A stretch of DNA of 63,914 bases, the filler included, from Octopus bimaculoides (taxonomy: Eukaryota): assembly GCF_001194135.2 (NCBI RefSeq). It is 9 parts of 8 records of this genome, joined end to end, with 100 filler letters (N's around TTAATTAATTAA, not from the genome) between each part and the next. Parts side by side here need not be neighbours in the genome. Positions count along the whole stretch, not along the records: positions 62,699 to 63,914 come from NW_026419214.1; 8 more parts are not named here. One strand, written 5' to 3'. This document shows, in pieces, positions 63,908 through 63,914 of the stretch (its first letter is position 1; the number at the start of each line of letters is the position of its first letter). Both the position numbers and the translations under genes were made by a program. The notes beneath the pieces were generated by a model. The model searched no databases and had not been told where the DNA came from. It saw nothing but the letters and a program-made list of their open reading frames with translations.

Positions 63908-63914
63908 CATCTAC

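Overview
Eukaryotic draft-assembly window, very rich in microsatellites and retroposons. The repeat families resemble those of octopus/coleoid cephalopods (inference from family recognition, not searched). The only host gene I can support is the 3' end of a CFAP299 (C4orf22)-like gene on the minus strand: two exons (55218-55347 and 53507-53605) with canonical splice sites and tandem AATAAA signals. The rest is mostly decayed mobile DNA plus N gaps, several carrying a TTAATTAATTAA linker. It includes a near full-length R4/Dong-type RLE retrotransposon (27417-31943) within a head-to-tail nest of related ends in (TAA)n, a rearranged Tx1/L1-like element in (TTA)n, and CR1, RTE and Penelope-like fragments. 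There are also three mariner remnants, Tc1-like remnants and at least three tRNA-derived SINE families. The most interesting pattern is an (AAT/ATT)n microsatellite niche shared by Dong-like LINEs in one orientation and by a Tx1-like LINE plus a SINE with a matching 3' tail in the other. Other leads are a minimal type I hammerhead ribozyme motif, a dense heat-shock-element array and long fold-back structures.
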